From positions 1 to 45,910 of the forward strand of contig MEDY01000243.1 of assembly GCA_001724265.1 (NCBI GenBank): DNA of 45,910 nt, given 5' to 3'. The stretch comes from Rhizaria sp. SCN 62-66 (taxonomy: Eukaryota). Position numbers and translations under genes: made by a program. Under the pieces are notes generated by a model. That model was not told the origin of the DNA, made no database searches, and saw only the letters and a list, made by a program, of their open reading frames with translations. This document shows, piece after piece, positions 1 through 12,907 of this stretch (position 1 is its first letter; each line of letters begins with the position of its first letter).

Positions 1-3000
1 GTGGCCGTCGCCGCCGTCGCCGTCGCCGCCGCCCGCGCCCGCGCCCGCCTCTGCGTCCGCGCCCGCGCCGCCCGCGCCGCCGCGCCGCCGCCGCTGCGCC
101 GCACCGCCCGCGTCCGTAAGCCAGGCGCGCGCGGGGATCAGCACTGACTCCTCCCAGTCGCCGCTCCACAAACGCACCTTGGCCCTCTTCTTCTCGGCCG
201 CCTCGGCCGCCGCCGTCGCCGCCGCTACTGCGGTAGTGGTCTTGCCCTCGTCCGCCGCAGTCTCGCCCTTGCCTTTGCCCGCGTCTGCACCGGCGGTGGC
301 AGCGGCGAGTGCGCGCCGCGCGAGCTTGCGCTGGCGGCGAGTGCGGACGGACTCGGCGCGCGTGACCGCGAGCACGGCGTCCCAGGCCTCGTCGTGGTGG
401 CCCAGCAGGTACAGCATCAGGTCCTCGGTCCAGCAGTGGCGCCAGAGTCGCCGCAGCGGGGCCGCGGCGCGGTGGCGCGCCAGTTCGCGCGCCACCTGGA
501 ACGTGGCGTCGCGCAGCACGGCCTGCGAGTCGCCGCGGACTAGCCGCTGCCCCGAGGGTAGAGTGAGCCCGTACACGGCCACGCCGCGCCGCGCCACGCC
601 CAGCGGCGGCTCCGAAGACAGCGGGGGCGCAGGCACGGACGCAGACGGGGCTAGGGTAGCAGTCGCAGGGGTGACGCCAGGAACGCTGATCGTGGAGCTG
701 ACAGCAGCGGTATTCGTGCTGTTGATTGCGGCCGTAGTCATGTTTAACCCAGGAGCTGAGTTGCCACTGTTGCCGGTGTTCTCCAGCGCGAGCGCCGCGG
801 CGGCCGCGGGCACGGGCCACAGACGGAAGACAGTGGCCGCCGCGAGGCGGTGGCGGCGGCGGCGGCGCAGACTGCGGGCCTCACTGTCGTCCTCACTCGA
901 TGACGATGACGACGACGAGCTGGAGCTGCGCGAGCTCGAACGGGAGTCAGAGCTCGAAGAGGAGCTGGAGCTAGAGCTGCTGCTGCTGCTGCTGCTGCTG
1001 GAGCTCGAGTCAGAGCTGCTTGAGCTGCTGCTGCTGCTGCTGCTGCTGCTGTCGGCGTGGTGGCGGCGGCCGTGCCGCTGGCGGCGCTGCTGCTTGAGCG
1101 CCTGCTTGCGGCCCGCGCGCGCGTTGGTGCGCAGCCGCTTGAAGGGCAGCTTGGGGTACTTAGTCAGTGAGCGCGCCAGCGACACGTCGGAGTAGTCCTC
1201 TAAGGGCTCAGGCCCGCCCGCGCCCAGGGCGCCCTGCGGCCGCTGCGGGTGCTGCTGGAATTGCGGGTCATCGTAGTCGCCGTCCATTGCCCCAGGCTCC
1301 GCATTAGCAAACGCATTCACACCCGCAGCACCAGCAGCGGAGCTCAGAGCATATGCGCCGCCGGCAACAACGCTCTCGTTGCCGCCCCTGCCCCTCCGGT
1401 CAAAGACAGACCGACGGCCGCTGTTGCTGCCGTTGCTCGCGAGGCCGAGACTGGCCCACGCCGCCGCTGCAAGCCAGAGCGCGGAGAAAGCCCCGCGCAG
1501 CTTGGGCTCCCAGCCTACGCGGACCATGTGTGTCCAGCGCTGCCGCCGCCACCACGCCACCGTCGCTGCGCCCGCCAGCGCCTCGGCCTCGGCCTCGGCC
1601 GCAGACGCAGACGCAGGTGCAGACGCGCTGTATACAGACACAGCGCCTGTGTTGGTCCCGACGTTGTTGGCGCCTGTGGCGGCAGAGACCCAGCCGACGG
1701 TGGCGGCGGTGGCGGCGGAGCGGGCCGCTGGGTGCGCCGCGGCGTGTTTAAACCCAGTGTAAGTGTTCATGTAACTACTCACGGAGGCGCTGTCCCCGCC
1801 GGTCGCGGCCGAGGCCCAGTTGGCGTATACGAGGCGCGCCAGCAGCCGTCGCAGCGCGGGGGACGCGCCCGCGGGAGCGCGCACACAGCTGCCGCCGGCG
1901 CCAAGAGCGGCTGTAACGTCAGCGCTCGAATTCGCGTCAGGATACAAACTGTTATCATCGCCGTAGCCGTAGCTACAGCCGAAGCCGTAGCCAAAGCCGT
2001 AGCCATAGCCGGAGCCCTGCGCGTGTTGCTGCAGGCGGAGGCCCGCGCCGGTCTGGGACAGCGGGCGCGGGCGCGCGGCGGCCGAGGTCGCGGCACCCGC
2101 GGCCGCCACGCCAGGTGCGGGCGCAGCGGCCAGTGCAAATGCGGCAGCGGCGGCGCGGCGGCGCGCGGCGCGGAGCAGGCGGCGCACCGTCTTGGGCGGC
2201 CGTAGCGGCGTCGGCAACGGCGGCAGCGACAGAGACAGAGACGGCGCCTGCGCCTGCGTCAACAGCTGCGGCTGTGATTGAGCAAACGGAAGCCTCTGCT
2301 GCTGCTGTTGCTGCTGTTCTTGCTGACCCTGCTGTTGCTGGAGTGGCAGAGCAGGGTATCGGGGCAGGGGCACAATGATGGGTGCAATGGCTACAGTGGC
2401 CTCTTGCCGGCGCCACCACTGCTGCTGCGGCGACAAACTCTCTTGCTCTTGCTGCTGTTGTTGCTGCTGCTGCTGCTGGCGCGCGTACGACTGCGACCGG
2501 GGGCCCGCGAGCGGGTGCAGGTGCGCGTAAGACTGCGCCGACGCCGCCGAGTGCGCCGCGGAGTGCGGCAGCGGTAACGGCAGGAACACGGCGGACAGCG
2601 GCGCCACAGCAGTCGCAGTGACTGTCGCAGTGACAGTCGCATCGGCCGCAGTGTTGTAAGCAGCAGCCTCGGCTTCGGCCACAGGAGCGCGGGCAGCCGC
2701 GGCGTCCGCGTCAAGCGCACTCGCACCGATGCCCGCGCGGTCGCGGTTGCTGTTGCTGTTTGAGGAGCTATCGGTATGCTGAAGCTGGAACTGTTGCTGC
2801 TGTTGCTCTCGGCGCGCGCGCGCAGCCTCTTTGCCCGCGGCCACTGCGGCCGCAACCACGCGCGAGAGCGCCGCGGGCAGCGCCCCAACGCCCCAGCTAG
2901 GAAGCTCTGCTGGTAGGTTCTGCTGCTGCTGCTGCTGCTGTTGCTGGTGCTCCTGCTGAGTGCGGAGCTCGCGTTGGCGGCGCTGGCGCAGCGTGCTGGT

Positions 3001-6000
3001 GCTGGGGCTGGAGCGCAGCGCGTCGACCGCAGCGCGCGCGGCGGCCACGGCCACGGCCACCCACAGCAGCAGCAGCGAAACGGCCGAGCGCGACAGCGGC
3101 GGCAGATGGCCCTGCGCGGCAGCGGCAAACCGCTCAGGACCGGACATGGGGCTGGGGCTTGAGCTCAAGCTGGCAGAGTGACCAAGAGCAGTTGGCGCAG
3201 TCGCAGGCGCTGGCGCTGCAGCCGAAGTTGCAAGGGAAGATGAAGAGACAGCGATACTGGCATTAACGTCCGTGTGACTCACGATGTTGCTAACGGGCCC
3301 TGCGTCTGCGTCGGTGTCTGCGTCCTCGGCAATCGCGGTCACAGTGTCCGTGACAGTGTCTGTAAGCACCATCGCGGAGACGACGCGCCCCACTGCCAGA
3401 GCGAGCTCCTCGCCCAGACCGGCGCGCTGCCGCCGCCGCGCCACAGACACGGGCGCAGTTGCACTGGCGTTAGCAGTCAGCTTGCCTGTTTCAGCACCAC
3501 CACTAACACCAGAGGCGTTGGCAGCGTTACTATTGGCGTTCGCGTTGTTGCTGTTGTTGTTGTGTCGCGCGAGCATCGGCGGGGGCGCTGGCAGGCCGTG
3601 CACGTTGATCTCGGTGACGGTGACGGCGGCGGGCAGCAACACCAATACAGACAAGGGGTCCACAGCAGCAGCCGCACCAGCAGCAGCAGCAGCAGCAGCA
3701 GCGGCGGCAGCGGCAGATGCCTCAGGCTCAACTGCGCTCGTAGTCGCAGTCGCCGAGTCCGTTGCAGCGGGGGCGCCGCCATTGTAGTAAGGCGCGATGG
3801 GGACTGTGGTCGCCGCCGCGGCCGCTGAGGGCAGTACGGTGGGCAATGAACGCAGCCACAGCTCGCGCGCAGTGTACTTCGGCTCACTCCACGCACCGCT
3901 GCCGGCAGAGCCAAAGCCTGGCCTGCTGTCGAAAGCGATTGTGCCGCGCTCAAGGGTGGTCACGACGGACACGGACAGCGTCGACACTGCCGCCGCAGCA
4001 GCCTGGGCCTGCGCTAGCTGTTGTTGCTGCTGATGCTGTTGCTGCGTGAGCAGAGCGCTAGAGTCGAATTGACCTTCAGTGATGTTATCACCGTTTTGTG
4101 ACGCGCTGTCGAACACGGCGACACCGGACGCGATCGCGCTCGAGTTGCCGCTCTTGACAGCGCTGCCACCGGCGTCGTTGTTCGCCGTGCTTGTGACGGA
4201 CGGAGAGCGAAACAGCATCGCGGGCCCAAGCGACTGGGATTGTGACTGGGACTGAGTTGGTGACAGTAGCTGCGACGGCGACTGCGGCATGGATGGTGAC
4301 ACCGCTCCTGTCGAAGCAGCAGCAGCGGAGGCCGCAGTGGCCGCGTCATCTGTACCCGCGGCAGGAGCGCTCACCGCGACACCGCTATCGGCGGCCGCGG
4401 CAGTAACCGTGGGCGTGACTGTGGCGGAGAAGCCCCTGACTGCGGCGGCCCAGCGGCGGCGCTCGGCGGCGACGCGGAGCACCGTGTCCGTGACGGCGAG
4501 CCCGCCGCCGTCGGTGGTATGGCGCCGAGGAACCACCACCGTATCGCCCGACCAACGGCCCAGCACGAAGCCCACGCCCGCACCGCCGCCGCTGCCGCTA
4601 TGGGTGCCGCTGTGGAGGTTGCTGTGGGCCATGCTGGCTGGTACCGCTCCAGACGCTGAGCCAGTGCTGTTGAGGCCCGAAGCGGGCGCAGAGGCCGAGG
4701 TTGCGGCGGAGACGCAGTCGCTGAGCAGCGGCACCGGCCGGTGGTAGCCCTGAAAGCCGCCGCGCGGGGCGTGGCTGTGTCCGTGACCGTGAGCGGAGTG
4801 ACCTTGAGCAGTCGCGTGACCGTGTCCGCGGGGGGCGCTCGCTCTCGCGGCGATGCTGGTGCCGAGATTGCCGTCGCCGCTCGTGTTGTTGCCGTAAATG
4901 GCGGCCACAACGGCGGGCGCTACGGCGTCTGCGGCGGGCATGGTGGCGAAGATGATTGGCACGGGCTCCAGAGTCAGCGAACCCAGCAAAGCGCTCGTCA
5001 GGCTGTGGATGAAGGGCGAATAGTCGAATATATGAAAGAAAACAGTAAATGGGGATTTGAGCGTAAAAAAATGAAATTAGAATGTCTTGATGCATAATTT
5101 AAAGTTAAATATGACAGATTTTTGAAGAACTAGTTTTAGATGCGCGATATATTTTGTCGCAAACGTACCGTGCCATGGAGGCATCCGAGGGAGCAGTCAC
5201 TGGACAAGGCCGGCCGCCGCGGCCTCCCTTGTCATTGCCCTTGCGCCCCCCATCCTTGCCCTTGCCCCTACTCTTGTGCGCGTCCTTGTTGCCCTGTGAA
5301 GGCTGTACAGGGACATGCCGAGACACATTCGCCTCCGCATTCGTCGCCGCGGCCGCAGTTGCAGTGACTGATGCTGCGCCAGTCGCGATGTCGGCGTTCG
5401 CGACTGCGGGATCACAGACGGACATTCCATCGCTACTGCTGCTGCTTGTGGTGCCAGCGGCATCGACAGCAGAGCCGCTGTCCGCTTGCGAGCTCTCGAC
5501 ACGCGTGCTCGCCGCGCGCTCATGCTCATGAGTACTCGCCGCAAGCGTACTTGGCACATGTGTACTAGGAACATGTGTATGTGCACTCTCGGCACGCGTG
5601 CTCAGGCCAGCCTCGCTTGCAGCAGCCGGGGCCGCCGCGGAAACCGAGGCCGACATTGCAGTTGACACGGCAGCGCCGCCAGACGCCACAGTGGTCTGCG
5701 AAGAGACCGTGAGCCCGGTCGGAGTGACCGTGAGCGCGGCTGCTGAGGCCGAGGGTGCGGCGGCGGCGCTGGCGCCGGAGGGCGAGTGCAGGAGCGCCGT
5801 GGGGGTCAAACTGGGGGCGGGGCTGTGGCTGCGTTGGCTGCGTGCGGAGGAGTCGTGGCTGAGAGTCGCGGTGAGGCCGGGAGCCGACAGGGGGACGCCG
5901 TCAAGACCGCCAATAGCAGCTTTGTTGTCATCCGCGTCATTGCTAAGTGGAGAGAGATTGCTAGCAGCAATGCGAGCGCTTTCAATGTTGTTATTGTTGT

Positions 6001-8698
6001 TGTTGCTGAAACTGGCACGGGCACTGGCATTCGCACTCGCGTTCGCACTTACATCGGCACTCACATTCGCACTCGCAGCGAGTGCGCCAGTGTCGTTTAC
6101 GGCTGCGTGGCCGGCAGTGCTGCTCACTGGCCGCGGCGGCAGCGGCAGCGACGACGGCGACGGCAGCTGCGACGGACTGTGGACCTGGCTGTGCATCTGA
6201 GTGTGTGTGTGCGAGTGCGAGTCCGACCGCGACAGCGGTCGAGACTGCGTCTGCGTCTGCGTCTGTGGGATCGGCGGCTGCGCATTGGGTGCTGTGGGCG
6301 AAGTGACAGCAGCTGCAGCGGGTAAAGCCGTTGCAGTCGCGATCGCGCTGCCAACGGCAGACATTGTGATTGTGGGGCGCATCAGAGGGCTTCCAGCAGC
6401 CAGACCCGCCAATCGCGCAGCCTCAGAATCCTCCGCATCAGCATCAGCAGCAGCACCAGCAGCAGCAGCAGCAGGCTCGACCTCGAGCGGCACCGGCGCG
6501 AACACACCTGCCGAGGCCACAGGCGCGGCGGCAGCGCTCTCGGCCCCCGCAATAGCACCAGCGCTGCCGGAGAGCAGAGTGTGGCTAGCAGATCCAGCCG
6601 CCGAGTCGGCCGCAGCGACCTCTATCGCAGGCAGGGCGGGCAGCGCGCGCACGGCAGCGGGCTCCTTGACAGCCGCAGCCACGGTCGCGGGCACTGGGGC
6701 GGGCGCTGCTGCGGTGGCGGGGGCCGAGCCGGGGGCGGCCAGACTGCGGACTAGGGCGGCGGCGGCCGCAGTGGCAGCGGCGGCCGCAGTGGCAGTGGCA
6801 GGGGCAGAAACGGCCGCAGTAGCCGGGGTAGCGGTCAGAGGCGCCGGCACAGCCAGACTCTGGTTCTGACTCTGGCTTTGACTGTGGTTGTAGCCGCTGT
6901 GGCTTTGAGTCGCAGAGCTCAATGCGCCGAAGCTGCTGTTGCCTGCGGTATTGCGGCGGCCCCAAAGCCCGACGAGCTTGACCTCGCGCGGACCGATGTT
7001 GAACGTGTCGCCGACGTACACTGGCGCACCGCCACCGCCAGTGCCACCGCCAGATGCGAGGGTGCCGGCGCTGGCCGTCCGGCTCGGGGGCACTCCGGTC
7101 CCAGTCCCTGCTGCAGCGGCCGCGGCGGCGGCGGCGAGCACGGCGTCATCGCCGCTGTCGTGGCCGTGGCCGTGACCGTGGGCGGAGTGACCGTGAGCAG
7201 AGTGACCGTGAGCCTGGTCGTGGCCGCCACTGTGCCCGTGGTGGTGGTGGCTGTGACCGTATGCGTGGCTATGGCTGCGGCCGACACCAGCGTTGCCCAG
7301 CGCCTGCGCCTGCTGAGCCTGCGTCTGCAGCTGTGCCCTCGACTGCGACTGCCGCCGCACGCTGCTGCTGCCGCCCACAGCCTCACCGTTGCCGGGCACT
7401 GTATGCGAGTGGCTGTGGCCGTAGTTGTGACCGTGCTGCTCGGTGTTGGCGTGGCCGCCTCTGACCGAGAGCAAGCTCGGTCCGCGGCCGCGGTCACCAG
7501 CCTCAACATACTGATGTTGCTGCTGCAGCTGCATCTGCTGCTCACGGTCACGATCACGGTCACGGCGTTCACGCTTGCCGTGGTCGCCGTGGTTGCCCTG
7601 CCCGCGCTCCTGGCCGTGCCCCTGCTCGCGCCCCTGCTCGTGGCCGTGCTTGTGCGTGCGGATGCGGCTTTGCGCGTGACTGTGCGCCGCGGAGACCAGC
7701 GACAGCCGGGTCACAGAGCGCGCCTCAGAGCGGGCCACTGACCGCGCGGCCGACCGCGCTACTGAGCGCGCTGGCGACTTTGACCGTGACCTTGACTGTG
7801 AGCGCGACCGTGAGTGGCGCCGGCTGCTGTGCCTGCTGCTGCCGTCACGGTGGCGACTGTGGCTGTCGCGTCTGTGACCGTGAGCAGAGTGACCGTGAGC
7901 AGCGGAGTGGTCGTGGGCGGCAGCGCTGGGCTGCTGTTGCTGCCAGCTGCGACTGCTGCTGTCGCCGTCACGGAGGTGCTTAGGAATGCTGTGGTGGCGG
8001 TGGCCATGGCCTGTGTGCGCGCCCCCGACGTCGTCGCTGAAGTCGTGACTGGTGACCGTGATGCGTGCCCTCTCACGACCCTGGTGGCCTTGAGACTGAT
8101 GTTGCTGTTGGGTGCTATTGTTGTTGTTGTTGTTGTTATTGTGATGAGAGTACGGTGGCAGCGGCAGTGAGCGCAGCGGCGACGTCGGCGTCGGCGGCCG
8201 CGACAGCGCAGCCCCCTGTTGTTGAGCTAGCTGCGAGAGCGGCGGCGTGGCCGCCCGGGGCGACGGCGGCGGCAACATCGCTGCAGCTGCTGTTGCTGAT
8301 GTTGCTGTTGCTGAGGCCGCAACACCCGAGGGCGTGGGGGGCCGCGACGGCAGACGCGACGGCGGCGACTGCAGCGCCAGCTGCGTTTGAATCTGATGCT
8401 GTGAGTGCTGCGACTGCTGGGGCTGCGGCGCCTGCTCCGGCAGACAGCGCGAGCGGCTCCGTGACGAGGACGAGGGCTCGGGGGAGGCGTCCACCGCGCG
8501 GCGAGGCGGCGGCGGCGCGGGGCCAAACGGGGACGCGGGCCGGGAGCTGGCGCCGGCAAGAGCCGCGGCCACAGCCTCAGGGGCTGCAGATGTGTCGGGT
8601 TGGAGCGGGGAAGAGAGATTCTGTCCGCTGTCTTGGCGGCGCAAGGGCGTCTTTGGCGGGATAGCCGCGCGTGGCGGTGGCGATTTGCCACCGTCCAT
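1..8698 (-). CDS. Giant low-complexity (Ala/Ser/Gln/His-rich) protein of unknown function, >2,840 aa, two exons, 3' end beyond the left edge
   Basis: Exon 1 is 8698..5169 (ATG, MDGGKSPPP...), followed by a phase-2 intron 5168..5003 (GTACGT...CACAG, AT-rich). Exon 2 is 5002..<1 with no stop in that frame; it is missing from the ORF track because it runs off the edge. The junction reads ...DASMAR-LTSALLGSLTLEPVPIIF... No family recognised. Confidence 0.8.
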
Positions 8699-9251
8699 GC
8701 AAAAGAAAGACTAGATCAAAAAATAAATATAAAATCTTGGTGAGAGTGCTGATGCGCTATTATCGGACTTAACGTCTCCTCACTCAATGTCAAAATAACC
8801 TCACTTTTGATCAGAGCACTTCGTCTCCGTGTCGTCCCGGTTTGTGGTCACAGTGCCCCAAATCTTGCCAATTTGACTTTTCTAGATGCAAATGCCTTTC
8901 TTAACAATCATAACCCCATTCAAATTCAAAGTATGTGAAAGACTTATAGAGCTATTAGTTAATTTCAAGTTTGACTTGGCATGGCTCAAGCGCAAAATGT
9001 GCTATATTTATTGGAGGAGTTCTTTTTCAAGACCTTTCGTTGTCTCTGTCCTGCTTCAGTCGCTAGCAACTGTAGACGCAGGCGCAGCAAACACAGATCA
9101 TAATAAATAAATATGAATTACAATTACATGTACTAAAAAGATAAATAAAGCTTTCACAAACAAAAACAAACAGACAAACAACATCAGAGCATAACCTGTT
9201 TACCTCGCTAAGCTTAACGCTTAGCGCTTGCGCTTGCGCGTTATGCTTCGC

Positions 9252-11337
9252 TTACTCGTACTTGCCCTTGGAGGCGGCTGCGGCGGCGAGCTCGCGCAAC
9301 TCCTCCATCTCGACGGCCTTGCTGCCCGCGTACGGCGACGCGGCCGCGGGGCCCTGCTTGACGGTCACCAGCGCGGCGGCGGCGGCCGCGGCGGCGGTCA
9401 CGGCGGTCTTGACGCGGGGGTTCTTGATCTTGTAGACGAGGTTGACGGCCGCGGCAAGCACGACGAGCGCGCCCGCCTGGTGCGTCGCCGCGACGTGCGT
9501 GTGCACGTGCGACAGCAGCGTGGTGATGCCCAGCCCGACCTGCGCGGCCACGGCGCCGCCCAGCAGCAGCGCCGCGCCGCGCACCTCGGACCCCGGCGCG
9601 ACGTGGGCCGCGTTGCGAGAGAGCACCAGCGTCGCCGTCGCCGCCGTCGCCGTCGACAGCGCCAGGCACCGGTGTGTGAACTGCACGAAGGTCGGGTGCT
9701 CGAAGATGTTGCGCCACGCCGGCGACATGTACGGGTTGATCAGGTCAGACGGGATCACCTGTGCGTAGGTGCAATACAATGCGAGTGCAAGACAGAGTTG
9801 TGTTAAAGATAAGAGAGGAGAGTGAGCTATGGTCTTTGTTATTTAAGGCAAAAACTGAAACAAGAACAGGATAATCGTAAATGTGCATATATAGTCCATA
9901 TTTAACTTGATAAAGCGTCAAAATCGATTGCTAGATATATATTGCGCGAAGCTCGTACCTGTCCGCCCATGAGGGGGAACTCGTTGTAGATGAGTCCGGC
10001 CTCGTTGCCGGCCACGAAGGCGCCCGACGCCGCCGTCAGACCGGCCAGACCGGCCGTGAAGTGCGCCGTCTTGGCGAACAGTCGCGAGCCCGCGGAGGGC
10101 AGGCGCGCGCGCAGGCCGTTGAGCAGCTGGCGCACGCTCTTGCCGCGGGCAGCCTACAGTACAGCGCAGCAAGAGAGTGCAGGGAAGCGGAGACGAGAAC
10201 AGGGAAACGATAGAGAATAAAGAGAGATGAGTTAGCGACAGAAAAGAAATACAACAATATATTTGAATGTGAAAAAGAGTTAACTAACTATATATCTCAA
10301 TATAATTTTGATAACAGATCATGTTTGTTATAAAGCGGCCGACGACATACCTGGAGTCCTCCGACGGTGAGGAGGCTGAAGAGCGCGAAGGCCGAGACGA
10401 GGTGCGTGGCGAGACGGTAGGGCGAGACGCGCGCGCGGACCTTGTTGTCCTCCTCGGTGAGCCCCGAGCGGACCATCCACCAACCGATGAGGCCCTGGAG
10501 CCCACCAAGCGCGCCCGCGCCCGCGAGCAGCTTGGTGAGCGGCGACGCCACGGGCAGCCGGCGCGCGAGCACGAAGCCCAGGAAGGGCACCGCGAAGGCG
10601 AGCCCGATAAGGCGGCCCAGCGTGCGGTGGCCGTACTCCATCATGTAGATGAACTTGAAGTCCTCGACCGCCATGCCCTGGTTGTGGAGCTTGTACTCAG
10701 GACTCTCCTTGTAGCGCGCGAACTCGGCCTCCCACTCCTCGGGCGTGCGCGGGCGCTGCTCGCCGAAGAACTTCCAGTGCACCATCGAGAGACCGGACTT
10801 AGTGAGGCGCGTGAGCCCGCCCAGCACGACCATGACGAAGACGAGCGCGGCGACGAGGAAGAGCCACGTCGCCACGGCCTTGTCCTTCTGCACCAGCGAC
10901 ACGGCCACCTCGCCCGCGGGCAGCACCGTTGCGCCGTCCGCGGCCACCGCGGGGGGCGCCGCGGGGTTGTAGTACTCGCGCGGGGGCTTCACGGCCGGAG
11001 CGGCAGCGGCAGCGGAGGTAGAAGAAGAGAAGCGCTTTGCACGGGCAGCGGCGCCGGCAGCAGTGGCGACAGAGGAAGACGCGGAGGCGGTCTTGGCGAG
11101 GGCGCTGGTGGCGGCGGCGAGGCGCGCGGTGGAGAACGAGCGCGCGGAGACGACAGAAGCAAGCAGGGGAGAGTCGGTGAGGGCGCGGAGAGCGCGCGCG
11201 GCGTCGGCCGCGGGAAGCGGGGCGGCGCGGGACGCGGCGGCGGCGGCCAGCGAGAGGCTGCGCTGCATGAGCGCCTTTGATGGGATAGACAGCGCGGAAG
11301 ACGCGCGCGTCGAGAGCTTAATACTACTGCGAAGCAT
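9252..11337 (-). CDS. COX15: Heme A synthase COX15, mitochondrial, 3 exons, ~562 aa
   Basis: Exons 11337..10351, 10153..9959 and 9758..9252, joined by phase-0 introns (GTATGT..TAG, GTACGA..CAG). Motifs [60 protein letters not shown] and ATHQAG include the four conserved His. The N-terminus is an Arg/Ser/Ala-rich presequence. Stop TAA. Confidence 0.96.
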
Positions 11338-11814
11338 CTTTACGAAGATATGTCACGATATAAACGACCAGAAAGTCTTTACACGATAGCAACAACGCAA
11401 ACCAAGCAAGCCTGTTAGTCATATCTTTTCTTGCTGCCACAGTCTCCCACGTGCTCCCAGTCTGCATCGAGCTCGCTGTCGCAGTTTGTGGTTGGAACGC
11501 TAAAACACGCGATTTGAGACGACATAGAGCGAGATATAGAGATAATAGCAGTGCGATGGGCACTCATTGGAGTTTGATGGCAATTTTTTGTTGTATTGGT
11601 TTTGTTTTGAGTCTGTAGTGTTACCCCTCGCGTCGCCGCTCGGAGCAGGTCACACACACTCACTCTTAGTCAACCCCCCTCCTGTGCTCTAATATAAGTT
11701 GATGTTGTCGACGAAAGTCGCCAAACCGTCCGTGGTCAGCCCAGCTCGCCTCTCGTGACACGCGCCTGCGGTCGTTACAGCGCGTTGCACGCAAGTGAAC
11801 GTGAACGTGACGAC

Positions 11815-12396
11815 TTACGCGGTGTGGACGACGGGGTAGAGCATGACGCGGACCGTCTTGCCCAGCGCCTGGCCGGGGAGGTTCTTGCGGAAGGCGACAC
11901 GGACGGAGCCGTTGTTGCCGTGGGCGCGGATGACGGTGCCCCAGATCATGCTGTAGAGATAAAGCAGATGCAAAAAAGAGAGATAGTGTGAGCCCAAGTC
12001 AGGAAAGAAGAAGCATGGAACAAGTGGAAGCGAGATGTTGTTTGGCAACGTACCGGAAGGGAGCGCCGGCGGTCTTGGGCTTGTAGACGTAAGCGACGCG
12101 CTTGCCGAGGTAGTACTGGCTGTACAGGAGGGAAGAAGCAAAGAGCAAGAGACGAGGGATAGCAGGAGTGTGAGATACAAAATTGAGAAAAGCGGGACGT
12201 GCGGAGAGCGGCTTTACATCGAGCGCAACAAGGTAGGATTTGAGTGAACGTACGTGTCCTTGATGTCACGGACGCCGTCAATCTTGACGATGGACTGGTG
12301 CTGGTACTGGTTCATCTGCGAGCCGCGGAAGCCGGTGACGGCACCCTTGATGAAGAGGGGGGAGGAAGAGGTCTTGTTGACGGTGGGCTTGGCCAT
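11815..12396 (-). CDS. RPL35A: 60S ribosomal protein L35a (eL33), 3 exons, ~114 aa
   Basis: Exons 12396..12254, 12119..12054 and 11950..11815, with two phase-2 GTACGT..CAG introns. Spliced protein: MAKP...[17 protein letters not shown]...[23 protein letters not shown]...[41 protein letters not shown]. Stop TAA. Confidence 0.96.
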
Positions 12397-12907
12397 CTGG
12401 GTCTGCGGCGCACGCGAAGCGAGGCAAGAGAGGGGGGAAATGATGTGGGTGAGAAATAGCATGAGAGTGAGAGGGTTTCACGCAAAATACGGAAAGAATG
12501 AAGCAACGATCATGTGGGCGCGCCCAGGCAGTGGCGTGGAAGCAAGGCACACACAACGGAGGTCGAACCCAACTCGAGGCCTCGCAGTTAGCATTCCGTA
12601 CAGCGTCTTGCGGCCGTTGTCACGTCAGATATAACGAGTATGCAGTCCATCTACCAGTTGCTCGCAAAATACTATTCACAAATTACGCTCAGACCCGCGC
12701 CTGGGACGCAACAACAGTTCTATTCGCCCGCGCATTCGCGAGTTGACCGCGATGTGAGAAACAAAGAGGACGGATTTTTCGGTCCCCCCGTCTCCAAATT
12801 GCTCACGGTCATTATCGATCGACTCGCTCGCTCGCTCTGGGGACATTTGAGTTTTCATAAATATATCTCTCCTCTGACCGCCAAATCCGCTATCTCCTTT
12901 GAATACA
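12397..12907. promoter_or_regulatory. Probable bidirectional promoter / 5' UTR region between head-to-head RPL35A and RING-H2 genes
   Basis: Divergent start codons lie ~510 bp apart (12396 on -, 12908 on +). Inferred from gene arrangement only; no specific motif identified. Confidence 0.4.

Noticed and set aside
179-8691. Many overlapping short ORFs on both strands in the first 8.7 kb
   Set aside because: They are shadow frames of one GC-rich, low-complexity - strand gene and show no independent motifs.
9206-9226. Perfect 8-bp inverted repeat CGCTAAGC-TTAAC-GCTTAGCG in the COX15 3' UTR
   Set aside because: It is short enough to arise by chance, and nothing else supports a function.
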